A stretch of 64,000 nucleotides of DNA from Escherichia coli (GCF_013315695.1 NZ_CP054353.1), one strand, 5' to 3'; shown: positions 44,909 through 58,034, counted from the first letter of the stretch. Translations and numbers: made by a program. The notes: generated from the letters alone by a model not told the origin.

Positions 44909-45235
44909 TTACTGTTGTTCAGAGGCAATCATCTCTTCGATTTCTTTGATGATTCCCGCAGCGTTTTTAATTGTGTCCTGCAAAGTGATTTCATAAACGT
45001 CGCGTGATTCGAAACGTTCGTTATCTTCCGGGGTAACTGCCACGGAGTGGATGATGATGGTCGCTTCGGCGATATCCTGCGCCGTCAGGCGATTCTGGAT
45101 ACCGTCCGCGCCCTGGGTTTCAATTTTCACTTCATAACCGGCTTCTACCGCCGCTTCTTCCAGCGCCTGAGCGGCCATAAAAGTGTGAGCCAGGCCCATT
45201 GGGCAGGCACATAAGGCAATCAGTTTCTTACTCAT
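44909..45235 (-). CDS. fryB: PTS fructose-like EIIB component
   Basis: 108-aa ORF MSKKLIALCACPMGLAHTFMAAQALEE…, with the EIIB-Fru phospho-cysteine motif (CP) near the N-terminus. Confidence 0.9.
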   Translation of the reverse strand: MSKKLIALCACPMGLAHTFMAAQALEEAAVEAGYEVKIETQGADGIQNRLTAQDIAEATIIIHSVAVTPEDNERFESRDVYEITLQDTIKNAAGIIKEIEEMIASEQQ

Positions 45236-45416
45236 CGTTAATTCCTCGTTCAGTGATAGTTAACGAGTGAAATTATGAACGTGCAAAACAAATCGCCGTT
45301 ACCAGACAAATAATGCATTTACTGGAGAATTAATCCCGCTGTACGGAAGTGTGACGCAGGTCGGCCTTGTGAGGGGACACAAAGAAAAATTGAATTAACT
45401 GTATGATTTAAAAGAT

Positions 45417-45440
45417 TATCGGGAGAGTTACCTCCCGATA
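45417..45440. terminator. Intrinsic terminator downstream of glk (minus strand)
   Basis: TATCGGGAG-agttac-CTCCCGATA hairpin directly after the glk stop, followed on the minus strand by a T-rich tract. Confidence 0.55.
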
Positions 45441-45453
45441 TAACAGGAAGGAT

Positions 45454-46419
45454 TTAGAGAATGTGACCTAAGGTCTGGCGTAAATGTGCACCGGAACCGA
45501 GAAGACCCGGATTGTCATGGACGATGAGATATACCGGAATATCATGGACATATTCCTTAAAGCGCCCTTTATCTTCAAATGCGGCGCGGAAACCAGAGGC
45601 TTTGAAGAACTCAAGGAAGCGCGGCACGATACCACCCGCAATAAACACGCCGCCAAATGTCCCGAGATTGAGCGCCAGATTGCCGCCAAAACGGCCCATA
45701 ATGACGCAAAACAGCGACAACGCGCGGCGGCAATCGGTGCAGCTGTCAGCCAGCGCGCGTTCGGTAATATCTTTTGGCTTGAGATTTTCTGGCAGGCGGT
45801 TGTCGGCTTTAACAATTGCGCGATACAAATTCACCAGCCCAGGGCCAGAAAGCACGCGCTCTGCCGAAACATGACCAATTTCTGCACGCAGTATTTCGAG
45901 GATAATGCCCTCTTCTTCACTATTCGGCGCAAAATCAACGTGACCGCCTTCGCCTGGCAAGCTTACCCAACGCTTATCGACATGGACCAGATGCGCAACC
46001 CCTAGCCCCGTTCCGGCACCGTAAACCGCAATAGGCTTACCTTCTACCGGTTCTGCGCCACCAAACTGAATCAGATGCTCTTTTTTCAGCATCGGGATCG
46101 CCATCGATACAGCAGTAAAATCGTTAATAATTTCCAGATGGCTAAAACCGAGATTCTTTTTCATTTCGGCAATTGAGAACGCCCAGGTATGGTTGGTCAT
46201 TGCCACCCAGTCACCGGTAATTGGGCAAGCGATGGCAATACAGCCGTCTTTCACCTCGACCTTATGTTCTTCAAGATAAACGCGAATGACCGCTTCGAGG
46301 CTGGGGTAATCAAGCCCTGAATAGGTCTTAGCCTGCGAGATTTCACCACTGGCAATATCACACAGAGCAAGACGTGCGTTGGTGCCGCCCACATCACCGA
46401 CTAATGCATACTTTGTCAT
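45454..46419 (-). CDS. glk: Glucokinase
   Basis: 321-aa [24 protein letters not shown]… (ROK-like ATP-binding N-terminus). Confidence 0.95.
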   Translation of the reverse strand: MTKYALVGDVGGTNARLALCDIASGEISQAKTYSGLDYPSLEAVIRVYLEEHKVEVKDGCIAIACPITGDWVAMTNHTWAFSIAEMKKNLGFSHLEIINDFTAVSMAIPMLKKEHLIQFGGAEPVEGKPIAVYGAGTGLGVAHLVHVDKRWVSLPGEGGHVDFAPNSEEEGIILEILRAEIGHVSAERVLSGPGLVNLYRAIVKADNRLPENLKPKDITERALADSCTDCRRALSLFCVIMGRFGGNLALNLGTFGGVFIAGGIVPRFLEFFKASGFRAAFEDKGRFKEYVHDIPVYLIVHDNPGLLGSGAHLRQTLGHIL

Positions 46420-46622
46420 TCTTCAACTGCTCCGCTAAAGTCAAAATAATTCTTTCTCACACTGTAAATACCTGGGGGCATAACAACAACGCCGGAAAGG
46501 CAGGCTCCCTGTAAATATCGATCTGGGTCACACAATTACTTTATCGTTTCAGCACCAATTGCAGCGATGCCTTTTTGCAAGCTGGGCAAACTAAGTATCT
46601 GACCCCGCATAAGGAATAGAAC

Positions 46623-47879
46623 ATGCTCCATCCGCGAGCCAGAACCATGTTGTTATTATCGCTCCCCGCCGTGGCAATTGGGATTGCGTCCAGTCTTATT
46701 CTGATTGTGGTGATGAAAATCGCCTCGGTATTACAGAATTTGCTCTGGCTACGACTGCCGGGAACTCTGGGGATAGCCCAGGATTCACCTTTCTGGATCA
46801 TCGCCATATTAACGCTAACAGGTATTGCGGTGGGGTTGGTTATCCGTTTCAGCCAGGGGCATGCTGGACCAGACCCCGCCTGTGAACCGCTGATCGGCGC
46901 ACCGGTTCCGCCCTCTGCGCTACCAGGACTTATCGTAGCATTAATTCTCGGTCTTGCTGGCGGCGTCAGCCTGGGGCCGGAACATCCGATCATGACCGTC
47001 AATATCGCCCTTGCGGTTGCGATAGGTGCTCGTCTGTTACCGCGCGTCAACCGGATGGAGTGGACAATTTTAGCCTCTGCTGGAACCATCGGCGCGCTGT
47101 TTGGCACACCTGTTGCGGCGGCGTTGATATTTTCGCAAACCTTAAATGGCAGTAGTGAAGTCCCGCTATGGGATCGTCTCTTTGCGCCGTTAATGGCGGC
47201 GGCGGCTGGTGCGCTAACCACCGGATTGTTTTTCCATCCTCATTTTTCACTGCCCATTGCGCATTATGGGCAGATGGAGATGACCGATATTCTCAGCGGT
47301 GCAATTGTGGCGGCGATTGCCATCGCAGCAGGGATGGTTGCCGTATGGTGTCTGCCACGGTTGCACGCGATGATGCATCAGATTAAAAATCCGGTGCTAA
47401 TGCTGGGAGTGGGCGGATTTATTCTCGGTATTCTGGGGGTTATTGCTGGACCAGTTTCGCTATTTAAAGGGCTGGATGAGATGCAGCAGATGGTGGCAAA
47501 TCAGGCTTTCAGCACCAGCGATTACTTTTTGCTGGCCGTGATTAAACTTGCCGCTCTCGTGGTTGCTGCCGCCAGTGGCTTTCGCGGTGGGCGAATCTTC
47601 CCGGCAGTGTTTGTCGGGGTGGCATTAGGGTTGATGCTGCATGAGCACGTTCCCGCCGTTCCAGCGGCAATAACCGTTTCCTGCGCTATTCTCGGCATCG
47701 TGCTGGTGGTAACACGCGATGGCTGGTTAAGTCTTTTTATGGCGGCAGTCGTTGTACCCAATACCACATTGCTACCGCTGCTCTGTATCGTCATGCTTCC
47801 GGCATGGCTGTTATTAGCAGGTAAGCCGATGATGATGGTCAATCGTCCGAAGCAACAGCCACCCCACGATAACGTTTAG
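46623..47879 (+). CDS. yfeO: Putative ion-channel/transport protein YfeO (ClC-like membrane protein)
   Basis: 418-aa polytopic, glycine-rich membrane protein; synteny between glk and ypeC. Confidence 0.85.
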   Translation: MLHPRARTMLLLSLPAVAIGIASSLILIVVMKIASVLQNLLWLRLPGTLGIAQDSPFWIIAILTLTGIAVGLVIRFSQGHAGPDPACEPLIGAPVPPSALPGLIVALILGLAGGVSLGPEHPIMTVNIALAVAIGARLLPRVNRMEWTILASAGTIGALFGTPVAAALIFSQTLNGSSEVPLWDRLFAPLMAAAAGALTTGLFFHPHFSLPIAHYGQMEMTDILSGAIVAAIAIAAGMVAVWCLPRLHAMMHQIKNPVLMLGVGGFILGILGVIAGPVSLFKGLDEMQQMVANQAFSTSDYFLLAVIKLAALVVAAASGFRGGRIFPAVFVGVALGLMLHEHVPAVPAAITVSCAILGIVLVVTRDGWLSLFMAAVVVPNTTLLPLLCIVMLPAWLLLAGKPMMMVNRPKQQPPHDNV

Positions 47880-47993
47880 CAAAAAATGCTCTCCTTTATG
47901 ATTTAAGAGTTATGGCGATGATACGGGGCTTTACCTCCCCGTAATATTGCGTTAACAGGCCGCTGACGGCTTCGATCGTGAAGGAGAATAACA

Positions 47994-48320
47994 ATGTTCA
48001 GGTCACTGTTTCTGGCGGCCGCCCTGATGGCATTTACCCCGCTTGCGGCAAACGCAGGTGAAATCACCCTACTGCCATCAATCAAATTACAAATTGGCGA
48101 TCGCGATCATTACGGTAATTACTGGGACGGTGGTCACTGGCGCGACCGTGACTACTGGCATCGCAATTATGAATGGCGTAAGAACCGCTGGTGGCGTCAT
48201 GATAATGGCTACCACCGTGGCTGGGATAAGCGTAAAGCCTATGAGCGTGGCTATCGTGAAGGCTGGCGCGATCGTGACGATCATCGCGGAAAAGGCCGCG
48301 GACATGGGCATCGCCATTAA
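47994..48320 (+). CDS. ypeC: Secreted His/Arg/Trp-rich protein YpeC (DUF2502)
   Basis: 108-aa ORF with signal peptide ([21 protein letters not shown]) and a repetitive DR/HR/W-rich mature region. Confidence 0.8.
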
Positions 48321-48344
48321 ACACATTTGCCAATGGAGCACAAT

Positions 48345-48433
48345 GCCTGATGCGACGCTAGTGCGTCTTATCAGGCCTACAAACCGGCTCTTTAACGCGT
48401 AGGGCGGATAAGGCGTTTTACGCCGCATCCGCC
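48345..48433. repeat. BIME: two REP (palindromic unit) elements between ypeC and mntH
   Basis: GCCTGATGCGACGCT…GCGTCTTATCAGGCCTAC and GGGCGGATAAGGCGTTTTACGCCGCATCCGCC are canonical E. coli REP sequences. Confidence 0.8.
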
Positions 48434-48461
48434 AGTGGTGCCTGCTCCGACACCAGTTCCA

Positions 48462-49709
<1,248 letters not shown>

Positions 49710-49711
49710 CT

Positions 49712-49733
49712 AAAACATAGCCTTTGCTATGTT
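49712..49733. promoter_or_regulatory. MntR operator in the mntH promoter
   Basis: AAACATAGCCTTTGCTATGTTT, a near-perfect palindrome immediately upstream of the mntH start, matching the known MntR site. Confidence 0.7.
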
Positions 49734-49749
49734 TCATGCTATGTCAAAC

Positions 49750-49770
49750 GAGAATGATTATCAAATTCAT
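49750..49770. promoter_or_regulatory. Fur-box-like sequence in the mntH promoter
   Basis: GAGAATGATTATCAAATTCAT resembles the Fur consensus (GATAATGATAATCATTATC); coordinates approximate. Confidence 0.5.
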
Positions 49771-50035
49771 TTAAGTGGATTGTGATGATTTCTTTGATAG
49801 ACCAGAATTATGACGACGAAAAGATTGATGACTTGAATGTTGTGATTATGTTTAATGTTAGCACATTTACATAACTTTCAGCTTCCATACACAACATAGC
49901 AGAAATGTATGACAGCTCACTATTTTTGAAGCTTGTCACAGGACGTCATTATAGTGTGTGTCAGATCTCGTTTTCCTTAACCATGTTACATAGAATGTGC
50001 ACGGAAATTTAACCTGCCTCATATTTGGAGCAAAT

Positions 50036-51238
50036 ATGGACCGCGTCCTTCATTTTGTACTGGCACTTGCCGTTGTTGCGATTCTCGCACTGCTGGTAAG
50101 CAGCGACCGCAAAAAAATTCGTATCCGTTATGTTATTCAACTGCTTGTTATCGAAGTGTTACTGGCGTGGTTCTTCCTGAACTCCGACGTTGGTTTAGGC
50201 TTCGTGAAAGGCTTCTCCGAAATGTTCGAAAAACTGCTCGGATTTGCCAACGAAGGGACTAACTTCGTCTTTGGTAGCATGAATGATCAAGGCCTGGCAT
50301 TCTTCTTTCTGAAAGTGCTGTGCCCAATCGTCTTTATCTCTGCATTGATCGGTATTCTCCAGCACATTCGCGTGTTGCCAGTGATTATCCGCGCAATTGG
50401 TTTCCTGCTTTCCAAAGTCAACGGTATGGGCAAACTGGAATCCTTTAACGCCGTCAGCTCCCTGATTCTGGGTCAGTCTGAAAACTTTATTGCCTATAAA
50501 GATATCCTCGGCAAAATCTCCCGCAATCGTATGTACACCATGGCAGCAACGGCGATGTCCACCGTGTCGATGTCCATCGTTGGTGCATACATGACCATGC
50601 TGGAGCCGAAATATGTCGTTGCGGCGCTGGTACTGAACATGTTCAGCACCTTTATCGTGCTGTCGCTGATCAACCCTTACCGTGTTGATGCCAGTGAAGA
50701 AAACATTCAGATGTCCAACCTGCACGAAGGTCAGAGCTTCTTCGAAATGCTGGGTGAATACATTCTGGCAGGTTTCAAAGTTGCCATTATCGTTGCCGCA
50801 ATGCTGATCGGCTTTATCGCCCTGATCGCCGCGCTGAACGCACTGTTTGCTACCGTGACTGGCTGGTTTGGCTACAGCATCTCCTTCCAGGGCATCCTGG
50901 GCTACATCTTCTATCCGATTGCATGGGTGATGGGTGTTCCTTCCAGTGAAGCACTGCAAGTGGGCAGTATCATGGCGACCAAACTGGTTTCCAACGAGTT
51001 CGTTGCGATGATGGATCTGCAGAAAATTGCTTCCACGCTCTCTCCGCGTGCTGAAGGCATCATCTCTGTGTTCCTGGTTTCCTTCGCTAACTTCTCATCA
51101 ATCGGGATTATCGCAGGTGCAGTTAAAGGCCTGAATGAAGAGCAAGGTAACGTGGTTTCTCGCTTCGGTCTGAAACTGGTTTACGGCTCTACCCTGGTGA
51201 GTGTGCTGTCTGCGTCAATCGCAGCACTGGTGCTGTAA
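50036..51238 (+). CDS. nupC: Nucleoside:H+ symporter NupC (CNT family)
   Basis: 400 aa from [41 protein letters not shown]…; the track ORF begins 13 codons upstream. Confidence 0.93.
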
Positions 51239-51270
51239 GACCATACATAAAAAAGCCGGGGATAATTCCC

Positions 51271-52696
51271 TAATGCCAGTCAGTTAAGCAACTGACTGGC
51301 TCTTTTTCGGGGCTGTGGGGTATTTCCAGGGCCTCTCCTTTACCACTCTCGGGAAGGCCCTTTCCCTTCTTGTCGGTAATTTCACAAGTTGTCCCATACT
51401 TGCAAGATCGCGCATCAGCTCCGGTATACGTCCCGGTGAAGCGCCCTGCAATGTCATCAGCATTCTCATCACCATTCCGCATGATTCTGAGAAACTCAGT
51501 TGATTCGGCCAGTAACCTTTCAGATGTTCCGCCATTTTAATCATCTGATATCTCACCAGATTATAAGCCAGTAAGACACCCCACAGCTCTTGCTCCACAA
51601 GCTCCGGTTTTTTACTTCTCAGCGTCAGCCTGCTCAGTTGCATCGTCTGTTTTATCTCCCTGTATCCCAGTTCGATTTCCCAGCGATGACTGTACAGATC
51701 CGCCATTTCTCCTCCGGGGAAGCGCATGGCGTCCGTCATCGACGTCAGCAGATGGCAGACTTTTCCTTTGCGCGTCACGGTCAGCAGGCGGGCTGTCACT
51801 TCATTTCCCAGTCCCGGCCACTTTTTTCGTGCCTGCGGGCTGGTTTTCAGCTTCACCAGATGATCGCCTTTACCCAGTTTTCTGATCTCTTCATATTGCG
51901 CTCCCTTTCTGAGAGGTATCATCCAGTGGCGGTGTTCTCCCGCCAGGCTCCAGGCATTTAACAGTCCCAGTGAGTAATAACCTTTATCCATTAACGTCAG
52001 AGTGTTATCGCCGGTTTGTTCTATAAGTTGCTCAGCAAGCTCATTTTCGCTGTTCTTCATCGTGCCGAAGGCTGCAGCCGTCAGCAGATGGCTGGTCAGT
52101 TCCATCTGGCAGACCATTTTGACCTGCGGGTAGAGCGCCGGGTTCCCGGCATGTGTCTGGCGGGGGAAGGCTGCATCGTTCTCTGGTGTATCCGGTGTGC
52201 GCCAGAACACACCATCGATGGCCAGCAGGGTCAGGCCGCACCAGTGCGGATGCGGCGTGGCGTTATGCCAGAGCTGCGCTGTTTTCGTGAACACGCGGCG
52301 GACAGCCTCACTTCCCAGGCGCTGGCGGGCCTGAATAACGGCACTGGGGGCAACGAAGGGGCGATTGCCCGGCAGCATGATGTCCAGGCGATTCACAATC
52401 TGGTGAAGAGGTTCTTTACGCTCAAGCGCCATGCCAACAATACACCAGACCATCATTTCGAGGGGAAGACGGCGCTTGCGTAGCGTTACAGTACCTGATT
52501 CGGCAAGGCAACGAGAGATGAGTTCGGGGTCGAGGTAATCCCCCAGAGAAGTCAGTGGGTTACGCAGAGAATCGTAACGGGATACCAGATCAAGAGCCTG
52601 TCCAATGTGCATAAAAAAATCCGGAAACAAGTGAGCGTTTCCGGATTCTTACACAGCCACTGGATCGGTCAACTGATCCTTAACTGATCGGCATTA
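51271..52696 (-). mobile_element. IS4 insertion sequence (1426 bp), complete, flanked by 13-bp direct repeats GGGGATAATTCCC (51258..51270 and 52697..52709)
   Basis: Termini TAATGCCAGTCAGTTAAG… and …CTTAACTGATCGGCATTA (imperfect 18-bp inverted repeats); 1426 bp is the IS4 length; encodes a 442-aa DDE transposase. Confidence 0.9.
51284..52612 (-). CDS. insG: IS4 transposase
   Basis: 442 aa from [40 protein letters not shown]…, recognised as the IS4 transposase. Confidence 0.9.
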   Translation of the reverse strand: MHIGQALDLVSRYDSLRNPLTSLGDYLDPELISRCLAESGTVTLRKRRLPLEMMVWCIVGMALERKEPLHQIVNRLDIMLPGNRPFVAPSAVIQARQRLGSEAVRRVFTKTAQLWHNATPHPHWCGLTLLAIDGVFWRTPDTPENDAAFPRQTHAGNPALYPQVKMVCQMELTSHLLTAAAFGTMKNSENELAEQLIEQTGDNTLTLMDKGYYSLGLLNAWSLAGEHRHWMIPLRKGAQYEEIRKLGKGDHLVKLKTSPQARKKWPGLGNEVTARLLTVTRKGKVCHLLTSMTDAMRFPGGEMADLYSHRWEIELGYREIKQTMQLSRLTLRSKKPELVEQELWGVLLAYNLVRYQMIKMAEHLKGYWPNQLSFSESCGMVMRMLMTLQGASPGRIPELMRDLASMGQLVKLPTRRERAFPRVVKERPWKYPTAPKKSQSVA

Positions 52697-52725
52697 GGGG
52701 ATAATTCCCCGGTTTTTTACGCCTG

Positions 52726-54915
52726 TTAATCAGCTAATGGCTGCGGGCGACCAATCAAATACCCTTGCAGATATTGCACCCCGAGCTTATGCAATAGCGC
52801 CTGCTGCTGTTGCGTCTCGACAAACTCAGCGACCACACTCAATGACTTCGCTTTCGCCAGATCGGTAATTGATCTCACAATCATCGCATCCAGCGTATTC
52901 GTGACGATATCTTTCACAAAGACGCCATCAATTTTGATGATATCAGCCTGCAAACGTTTTAACCGTTCGTAGTTGGCATAGCCGGTGCCAAAGTCATCAA
53001 TCGCAATCCGGAAACCAAACTTATGCAGTTGCTCGATGTTGTACATGCTGCTTTCTGCGTTAGAAAACGCCTGCTCCTCGGTGATCTCAAGAATGACCGC
53101 CTGCGGGGAGATGTAATAACGCTTAAACAGACGAATAATCCGCCCGGCAATATTCTTTTGCAGCAGCGTGAGCGGCATTAAATTGACTGAAAATCGTGGA
53201 CCTTTTTTGTCGCAAGGGTGTGTTGCCAGCCATTTCAACAAGGATTCCAGCACTTGCAAATCAAAACGCGCGCTAAGGTTAAACTGAGCAATAAGGGGCA
53301 GAAACTTATCCGGGGTCATAATGCCGCCGTCATACTTCAGTCGCGCGAGGATCTCATCATAACCTTCACCCTCTTTGTTGCGAATTGGCTGGGCGTAGAG
53401 CAGCAAATCACCTTGATCTAACGCCGTGCGAATGGTATTCAGCAATAGCACCTGTTTAGTGGTTTGCCCGGAAACCATCTCCTCTCTGCTATCCAGCGCC
53501 AGCACATGATGATGTGCGCAGGATTGCTCCGCCAGCCAGCTTAACTGCCCCAACAAGGGTTGCAGGGTTTCCTGATTTCCATCAAAATGCCCCCAGGCAG
53601 CACCATAGCCCATATCCAGCCCGGTATTGTTCCAGTGAATTTGCCGACTATTCAGGATGTTAACCATATGCTGGAGTCGCCCTTCCGTTTCCGGTCCACT
53701 CAGCACTAACAGCAGTTCACTACCCGGCAATTGATACAACTTTTCGTTTTCCTGCATCAACGGCAGCAGCGTACGGTAAATTGAGCTGATACAGTGAACG
53801 CGCATCATTAAGCCGTAATGACGACTCATAAACTCAAGATTATCAATGCGCAGGCAACAAAAACTCTTGCCCGCCTCTTGCTCCGGCGCTTGCTCCAACG
53901 CACGAAAGTTGGGTAGGAGCGTTAACGGATCGGTCAGCGCCTGCAAATGCCAGCGGCGGTTAAGCCATTCACTACGATGATAAATACGCACCATATAGAG
54001 CAGGCAAACACTAAAGGAAATCAGTACTGCGAGAATAAATGCCAGCGAATATTCGGTTAGTACCCCTTGCAAAAAGTTCTGGTTATAATTCAGAAGGCAA
54101 AGCGTTGAAACAGCCCAGGTGAGATTTAAAAACGGATAGCGAAGCTTACCGACACCGAGGGTAAAGATGATAAAGAAAACAGGTACCAGGTAACCGGCAA
54201 TAAAGTCATTTTCATACGGTGTGCACATCAGAAGTAGCAGCACGCTAAGAGCTGCCAGCCAGCTTAAGGTAAATGCGCGTTTCTCTTTGCTCAACGACGG
54301 AGCGATATCCCTACGCCACAATATCTGTGCAAAGTGGGGACTTACAATCATGCGGGTGAGATAGTAAAAAAGCATGTTGTAAATCAGCACTGCGGTGAAA
54401 AGGCTTAGCAAATCAACGACCGTGAAAATGGCATCCGCATCGCCGAAAAAGGTAGATATCTTTAGCGGAAAATCAAAGAAATTTCCCACAAGATACATGC
54501 TGCATTTGATGCCAATCGGCGCCACCAAACCAAGCCAGAACAGACGTTGCCAGACGTATCGGCTGGTCAATCCATAACGCCAACGCGTCCCCAATTGCAA
54601 GCGTAATATTGCACAGGCACACAGGACTGCAAACGCCTGGCTGCCGATCATGACGGCGGTCTGTAAAAAAGTGAGATGAAGGTTCCACAGATTGGTGCAA
54701 AACATCCCGCATAAAATGGGAACGACACCACGCCAGCCAAAGATAAACAAGATTGACAGCATTACGCACAGTGGCATCCACGCCAGAAAGATATAATTGG
54801 AATGGATAACAGCAAGTGGCGAAATTAAACGGGATAGCTGAATAAGTACCACGGTGAGCGTAAACGCTAGTGTGAATATCTTGATATTTTTTATCAGGTT
54901 ATGCTCCACAAACAT
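52726..54915 (-). CDS. yfeA: c-di-GMP phosphodiesterase (MASE1 – degenerate GGDEF – EAL)
   Basis: 729 aa from MFVEHNLIKNIKIFTLAF…; membrane MASE1 region, then C-terminal EAL domain (…EITEEQAF…FRIAIDDFGTGYANYERLKRLQADIIKIDG…). Confidence 0.88.
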   Translation of the reverse strand: MFVEHNLIKNIKIFTLAFTLTVVLIQLSRLISPLAVIHSNYIFLAWMPLCVMLSILFIFGWRGVVPILCGMFCTNLWNLHLTFLQTAVMIGSQAFAVLCACAILRLQLGTRWRYGLTSRYVWQRLFWLGLVAPIGIKCSMYLVGNFFDFPLKISTFFGDADAIFTVVDLLSLFTAVLIYNMLFYYLTRMIVSPHFAQILWRRDIAPSLSKEKRAFTLSWLAALSVLLLLMCTPYENDFIAGYLVPVFFIIFTLGVGKLRYPFLNLTWAVSTLCLLNYNQNFLQGVLTEYSLAFILAVLISFSVCLLYMVRIYHRSEWLNRRWHLQALTDPLTLLPNFRALEQAPEQEAGKSFCCLRIDNLEFMSRHYGLMMRVHCISSIYRTLLPLMQENEKLYQLPGSELLLVLSGPETEGRLQHMVNILNSRQIHWNNTGLDMGYGAAWGHFDGNQETLQPLLGQLSWLAEQSCAHHHVLALDSREEMVSGQTTKQVLLLNTIRTALDQGDLLLYAQPIRNKEGEGYDEILARLKYDGGIMTPDKFLPLIAQFNLSARFDLQVLESLLKWLATHPCDKKGPRFSVNLMPLTLLQKNIAGRIIRLFKRYYISPQAVILEITEEQAFSNAESSMYNIEQLHKFGFRIAIDDFGTGYANYERLKRLQADIIKIDGVFVKDIVTNTLDAMIVRSITDLAKAKSLSVVAEFVETQQQQALLHKLGVQYLQGYLIGRPQPLAD

Positions 54916-55122
54916 GAGTAAACTACTCTCACTGATCGGGGTTTTCAGGCACACAAATAATAAGTTTATTCGCATCGCGAAGCAAACAGGGGCCAGCCTG
55001 TTGCCGATTTTTCATCCAATGATGCTTTCACCAGGCGGCGCTAACCCGGACGTAGACTGTATTACAAAAGCGGCAAAAAGCAGAGACAAAAAACCCCCGC
55101 TTTACAGCGAGGGTTTGAAATT

Positions 55123-55198
<76 letters not shown>

Positions 55199-55237
55199 AC
55201 GAGTCGTTTACGTACCAATTTTGTTGGGTGCAAAATT

Positions 55238-55313
<76 letters not shown>

Positions 55314-55548
55314 GTCACGTAAAGCTTGTCGAGTTGACGGGCGGCATCATATGAATTCCGCCCGAATGTGTCAACGGCAAATTGCAACGTGTAGTTTCAA
55401 TCGCTGAAAAATCAGGCAAATGAACAATTTTGGAAAACCGCTCGCATTCAGTAGTTATTCATGTCACGGTTTCCTGTAAAGTGGTGTTATAAAATGAACT
55501 ACTAATAGACCCACATACATTCAGGGAATTGTTATGTTCAAGGAGAGG

Positions 55549-55893
55549 ATGACGCCAGATGAACTTGCCAGACTGACCGGCTATAGCCGCCAGACCATTA
55601 ATAAATGGGTACGCAAGGAAGGCTGGACAACGTCACCAAAACCAGGCGTCCAGGGTGGCAAAGCTCGACTGGTTCACGTCAATGAACAGGTTCGTGAATA
55701 TATTCGCAATGCTGAACGTCCAGAAGGTCAGGGAGAAGCGCCAGCCCTTTCTGGTGATGCGCCGCTTGAAGTGTTGCTGGTGACACTGGCGAAAGAGATG
55801 ACGCCAGTTGAACAAAAACAGTTTACATCCTTGCTTCTGCGGGAAGGGATTATCGGATTATTACAACGCTTAGGGATTCGCGATAGCAAATAA
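55549..55893 (+). CDS. yfeC: Putative DNA-binding protein YfeC (DUF1323)
   Basis: 114 aa from MTPDELARLTGYSRQTINKWVRKEGWTT… (HTH-like N-terminus). Confidence 0.85.
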   Translation: MTPDELARLTGYSRQTINKWVRKEGWTTSPKPGVQGGKARLVHVNEQVREYIRNAERPEGQGEAPALSGDAPLEVLLVTLAKEMTPVEQKQFTSLLLREGIIGLLQRLGIRDSK

Positions 55894-55894
55894 T

Positions 55895-56287
55895 ATGAAA
55901 AGATTACGCAATAAAATGACCACCGAAGAACTGGCTGAATGCCTCGGTGTGGCTAAACAAACTGTTAACCGTTGGATCAGAGAAAAAGGCTGGAAAACGG
56001 AAAAATTTCCTGGCGTGAAAGGCGGTCGTGCCAGACTTATTCTGGTCGATACGCAAGTTTGCGATTTTATTCAGAACACGCCAGCCTTCCATAACACGCC
56101 GATGCTTCTGGAAGCCGAAGAACCCCTTGCCGAATACGCACCGGGGATTCGCACTCCTGCTTATCGGCAAATCATCAGCGCAATAGACAACATGACTCAC
56201 AGTGAGCAGGAAAAAGTTGCGCAATTTTTGTCACGCGAAGGAATTCGTAATTTCCTTGCTCGTCTCGACATAGATGAATCAGCTTGA
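55895..56287 (+). CDS. yfeD: Putative DNA-binding protein YfeD (DUF1323), paralog of YfeC
   Basis: 130-aa ORF MKRLRNKMTTEELAECLGVAKQTVNRWIREKGWKTEKFPGVKGGRARLI…, clearly paralogous to the adjacent YfeC. Confidence 0.85.
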   Translation: MKRLRNKMTTEELAECLGVAKQTVNRWIREKGWKTEKFPGVKGGRARLILVDTQVCDFIQNTPAFHNTPMLLEAEEPLAEYAPGIRTPAYRQIISAIDNMTHSEQEKVAQFLSREGIRNFLARLDIDESA

Positions 56288-56326
56288 CATCCTCCACGCC
56301 CTGAATGACGAGGATCCCTGCTACGT

Positions 56327-57535
56327 TCAGGCTGTCACCTGAATCATTTCGGTGGGTTCCTGCTTCAACGAGCGGCCTGACTGCACCATCTCTCCACAGG
56401 CAAGAACGGCGTGCCCCGCCGCTAAAATGTTACGAGCGCCATTTACATCAGCGTTCGCTGTATATCCACATGCCTGGCATCTGAATTTACTTTGTGACAG
56501 GCGATTTTCTTTCGCTGTATGACCACAGCACGCGCAACGCTGGCTTGTGTACGCTGGCGGAACAGCAAGCACCTGACCGCCACGCCAGAGCTGCTTGTAC
56601 TCAAGCTGGCGGCGCATTTCATACCAGCCCTGATCCAGTATCGAACGGTTTAAACCTGATTTTGCCCGGACATTGCGCCCCGGCTGGCTGACCGTACCCG
56701 CTGCTGACTTTGACATGTTGCTGACCTTCAAATCCTCAATGACTATCATTGCGTGGTTTTTGCTGACGGTCGTTGTGACTTTGTGAAGGTAGTCCCTGCG
56801 GATATTTGCGATACGGGAATGCAGTCGCTGTATTTTGCGTTTCTGCTTCTGCCAGTTATTGCTGAATTCGACCTTGCGGCTTAACTGTCGCTGAAGTCTC
56901 GCCAGCGTCTTCTGGTTTTTCTGAAAACTGTTTACAGGCTCAAAGACTGTGCCATCTGACAGCGTGGCGAGTTTAGCCACGCCAGCATCCAGCCCGACCA
57001 TTGATGCTGAAGGGTGAACCGGAGTGGATACTTCACTTTCTGTCTGAATACTGATGTACCACTTACCGCAGGACTGGCTGACAGTGACATTTTTCACAAC
57101 ACCCGTGACCTGACGGCTGTTCCGGTAGCGCATCCAGCCAAGTTTCGGCAGAAAAATACGGCTGTTTTCCTGATCGAGCTTAACGCCCTGCGGGTAGCGG
57201 AATGCATCATTCTGTCCCCGCTTTTTGAATCGGGGAAAAGCAGCCCGCTTCTGGAAGAAGTTTTTGTAAGCCCGCTCAAGGTCTTTCAGTGACTGTTGCA
57301 ATGGCTGTGAGGGCGAATCTTTAAGCCATTGCATTTCAGTGGCGTTTTTCCACTCAACCAGCCAGGAAGCCATTTTCCCGTAAGGGATGTATTTATTACC
57401 GGCCTCATGATTCTCATTCTGAAGCGCCAGAGCACGATTGAAAACGAAACGACATGCGCCTGCGAAGCGCCTCATTTCACACTCCTGTTGACCACCTGGT
57501 CTTAACTGGAATTTAAATGCCTGTAATCGTTTCAC
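56327..57535 (-). CDS. tnpB: TnpB (OrfB) of an IS200/IS605-family element: RuvC-like nuclease with zinc finger, apparently intact
   Basis: 402-aa ORF; RuvC-I (VGLDAGV), RuvC-II (IVIEDLKV), CxxC…CxxC zinc finger (CACCGHT…CQACGYT) and RuvC-III ([10 protein letters not shown]). Resembles the IS609 InsQ/YdcM protein as I recall it. Confidence 0.85.
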   Translation of the reverse strand: MKRLQAFKFQLRPGGQQECEMRRFAGACRFVFNRALALQNENHEAGNKYIPYGKMASWLVEWKNATEMQWLKDSPSQPLQQSLKDLERAYKNFFQKRAAFPRFKKRGQNDAFRYPQGVKLDQENSRIFLPKLGWMRYRNSRQVTGVVKNVTVSQSCGKWYISIQTESEVSTPVHPSASMVGLDAGVAKLATLSDGTVFEPVNSFQKNQKTLARLQRQLSRKVEFSNNWQKQKRKIQRLHSRIANIRRDYLHKVTTTVSKNHAMIVIEDLKVSNMSKSAAGTVSQPGRNVRAKSGLNRSILDQGWYEMRRQLEYKQLWRGGQVLAVPPAYTSQRCACCGHTAKENRLSQSKFRCQACGYTANADVNGARNILAAGHAVLACGEMVQSGRSLKQEPTEMIQVTA

Positions 57536-57542
57536 AGGTCAA

Positions 57543-57965
57543 ATGATACTTTGGTCTGTGAAAAAAGAAACCGATATCCGGCGTGGAAGGCATTGTGTTT
57601 TCCTGATGCATGTTCACCTGGTCTTTGTCCCAAATACCGACGCCAGATTTTTGACCATGACGCGACAGAAAAACTACGCACTTACTATTCAAATGTATGT
57701 GCTGATTTTGAAGCTGAACTGGTTGAAATGGATGGCGAACCAGATCACGTCCATTTGTTAATTAACTATCCTCCCAAACTGGCGATATCCAGTCTGGTAA
57801 ACAGCCTCAAAGGCGTATCGGGTAGGTGACTGCGACGAGATCGACCAGATATTGCAGTCAGGTATTACTACAAAGGCGTTTTGTGGAGTCCTGGCTATTT
57901 TGCCAGTAGCTGCGGAGGTGCGCCAATATCCGTCATCCGCCAATACATTGAACAACAGCAAACAC
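57543..57965 (+). pseudogene. tnpA: tnpA (HuH Y1 transposase) of the IS200/IS605-family element, disrupted by at least two frameshifts
   Basis: TnpA-like segments lie in three frames: RHCVFLMHVHLVFVP (57543 frame), PKYRR…EPDHVHLLINYPPKLAISSLVNSLKG (57551 frame), WSPGYFASSCG…VIRQYIEQQ (57881 frame). Confidence 0.65.
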
Positions 57966-58034
57966 CTGGTCAGGTGGAAAACCGCGCCTTATATCCCCGC
58001 CCTGAAGGACGGGGTTTTACGGCGCACCGGATAA

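Larger units (their letters stand above)
56290..58030. mobile_element. IS200/IS605-family insertion (IS609-like): divergent tnpB (intact) and tnpA (frameshifted); boundaries approximate
   Basis: A TnpB ORF and TnpA-like fragments fill the whole yfeD–gltX interval; small hairpins near both ends (56299..56332 and 58026..58046) may mark the element ends. Exact ends not determined. Confidence 0.7.

Noticed and set aside
50195..50959. 254-aa minus-strand ORF inside nupC, and the similar antisense ORFs within dsdX, lpxP, ypdF, ypdA, fryA and evgS
   Set aside because: All lie antisense within confidently identified genes and show atypical composition (His/Cys/Arg-rich); treated as non-coding.
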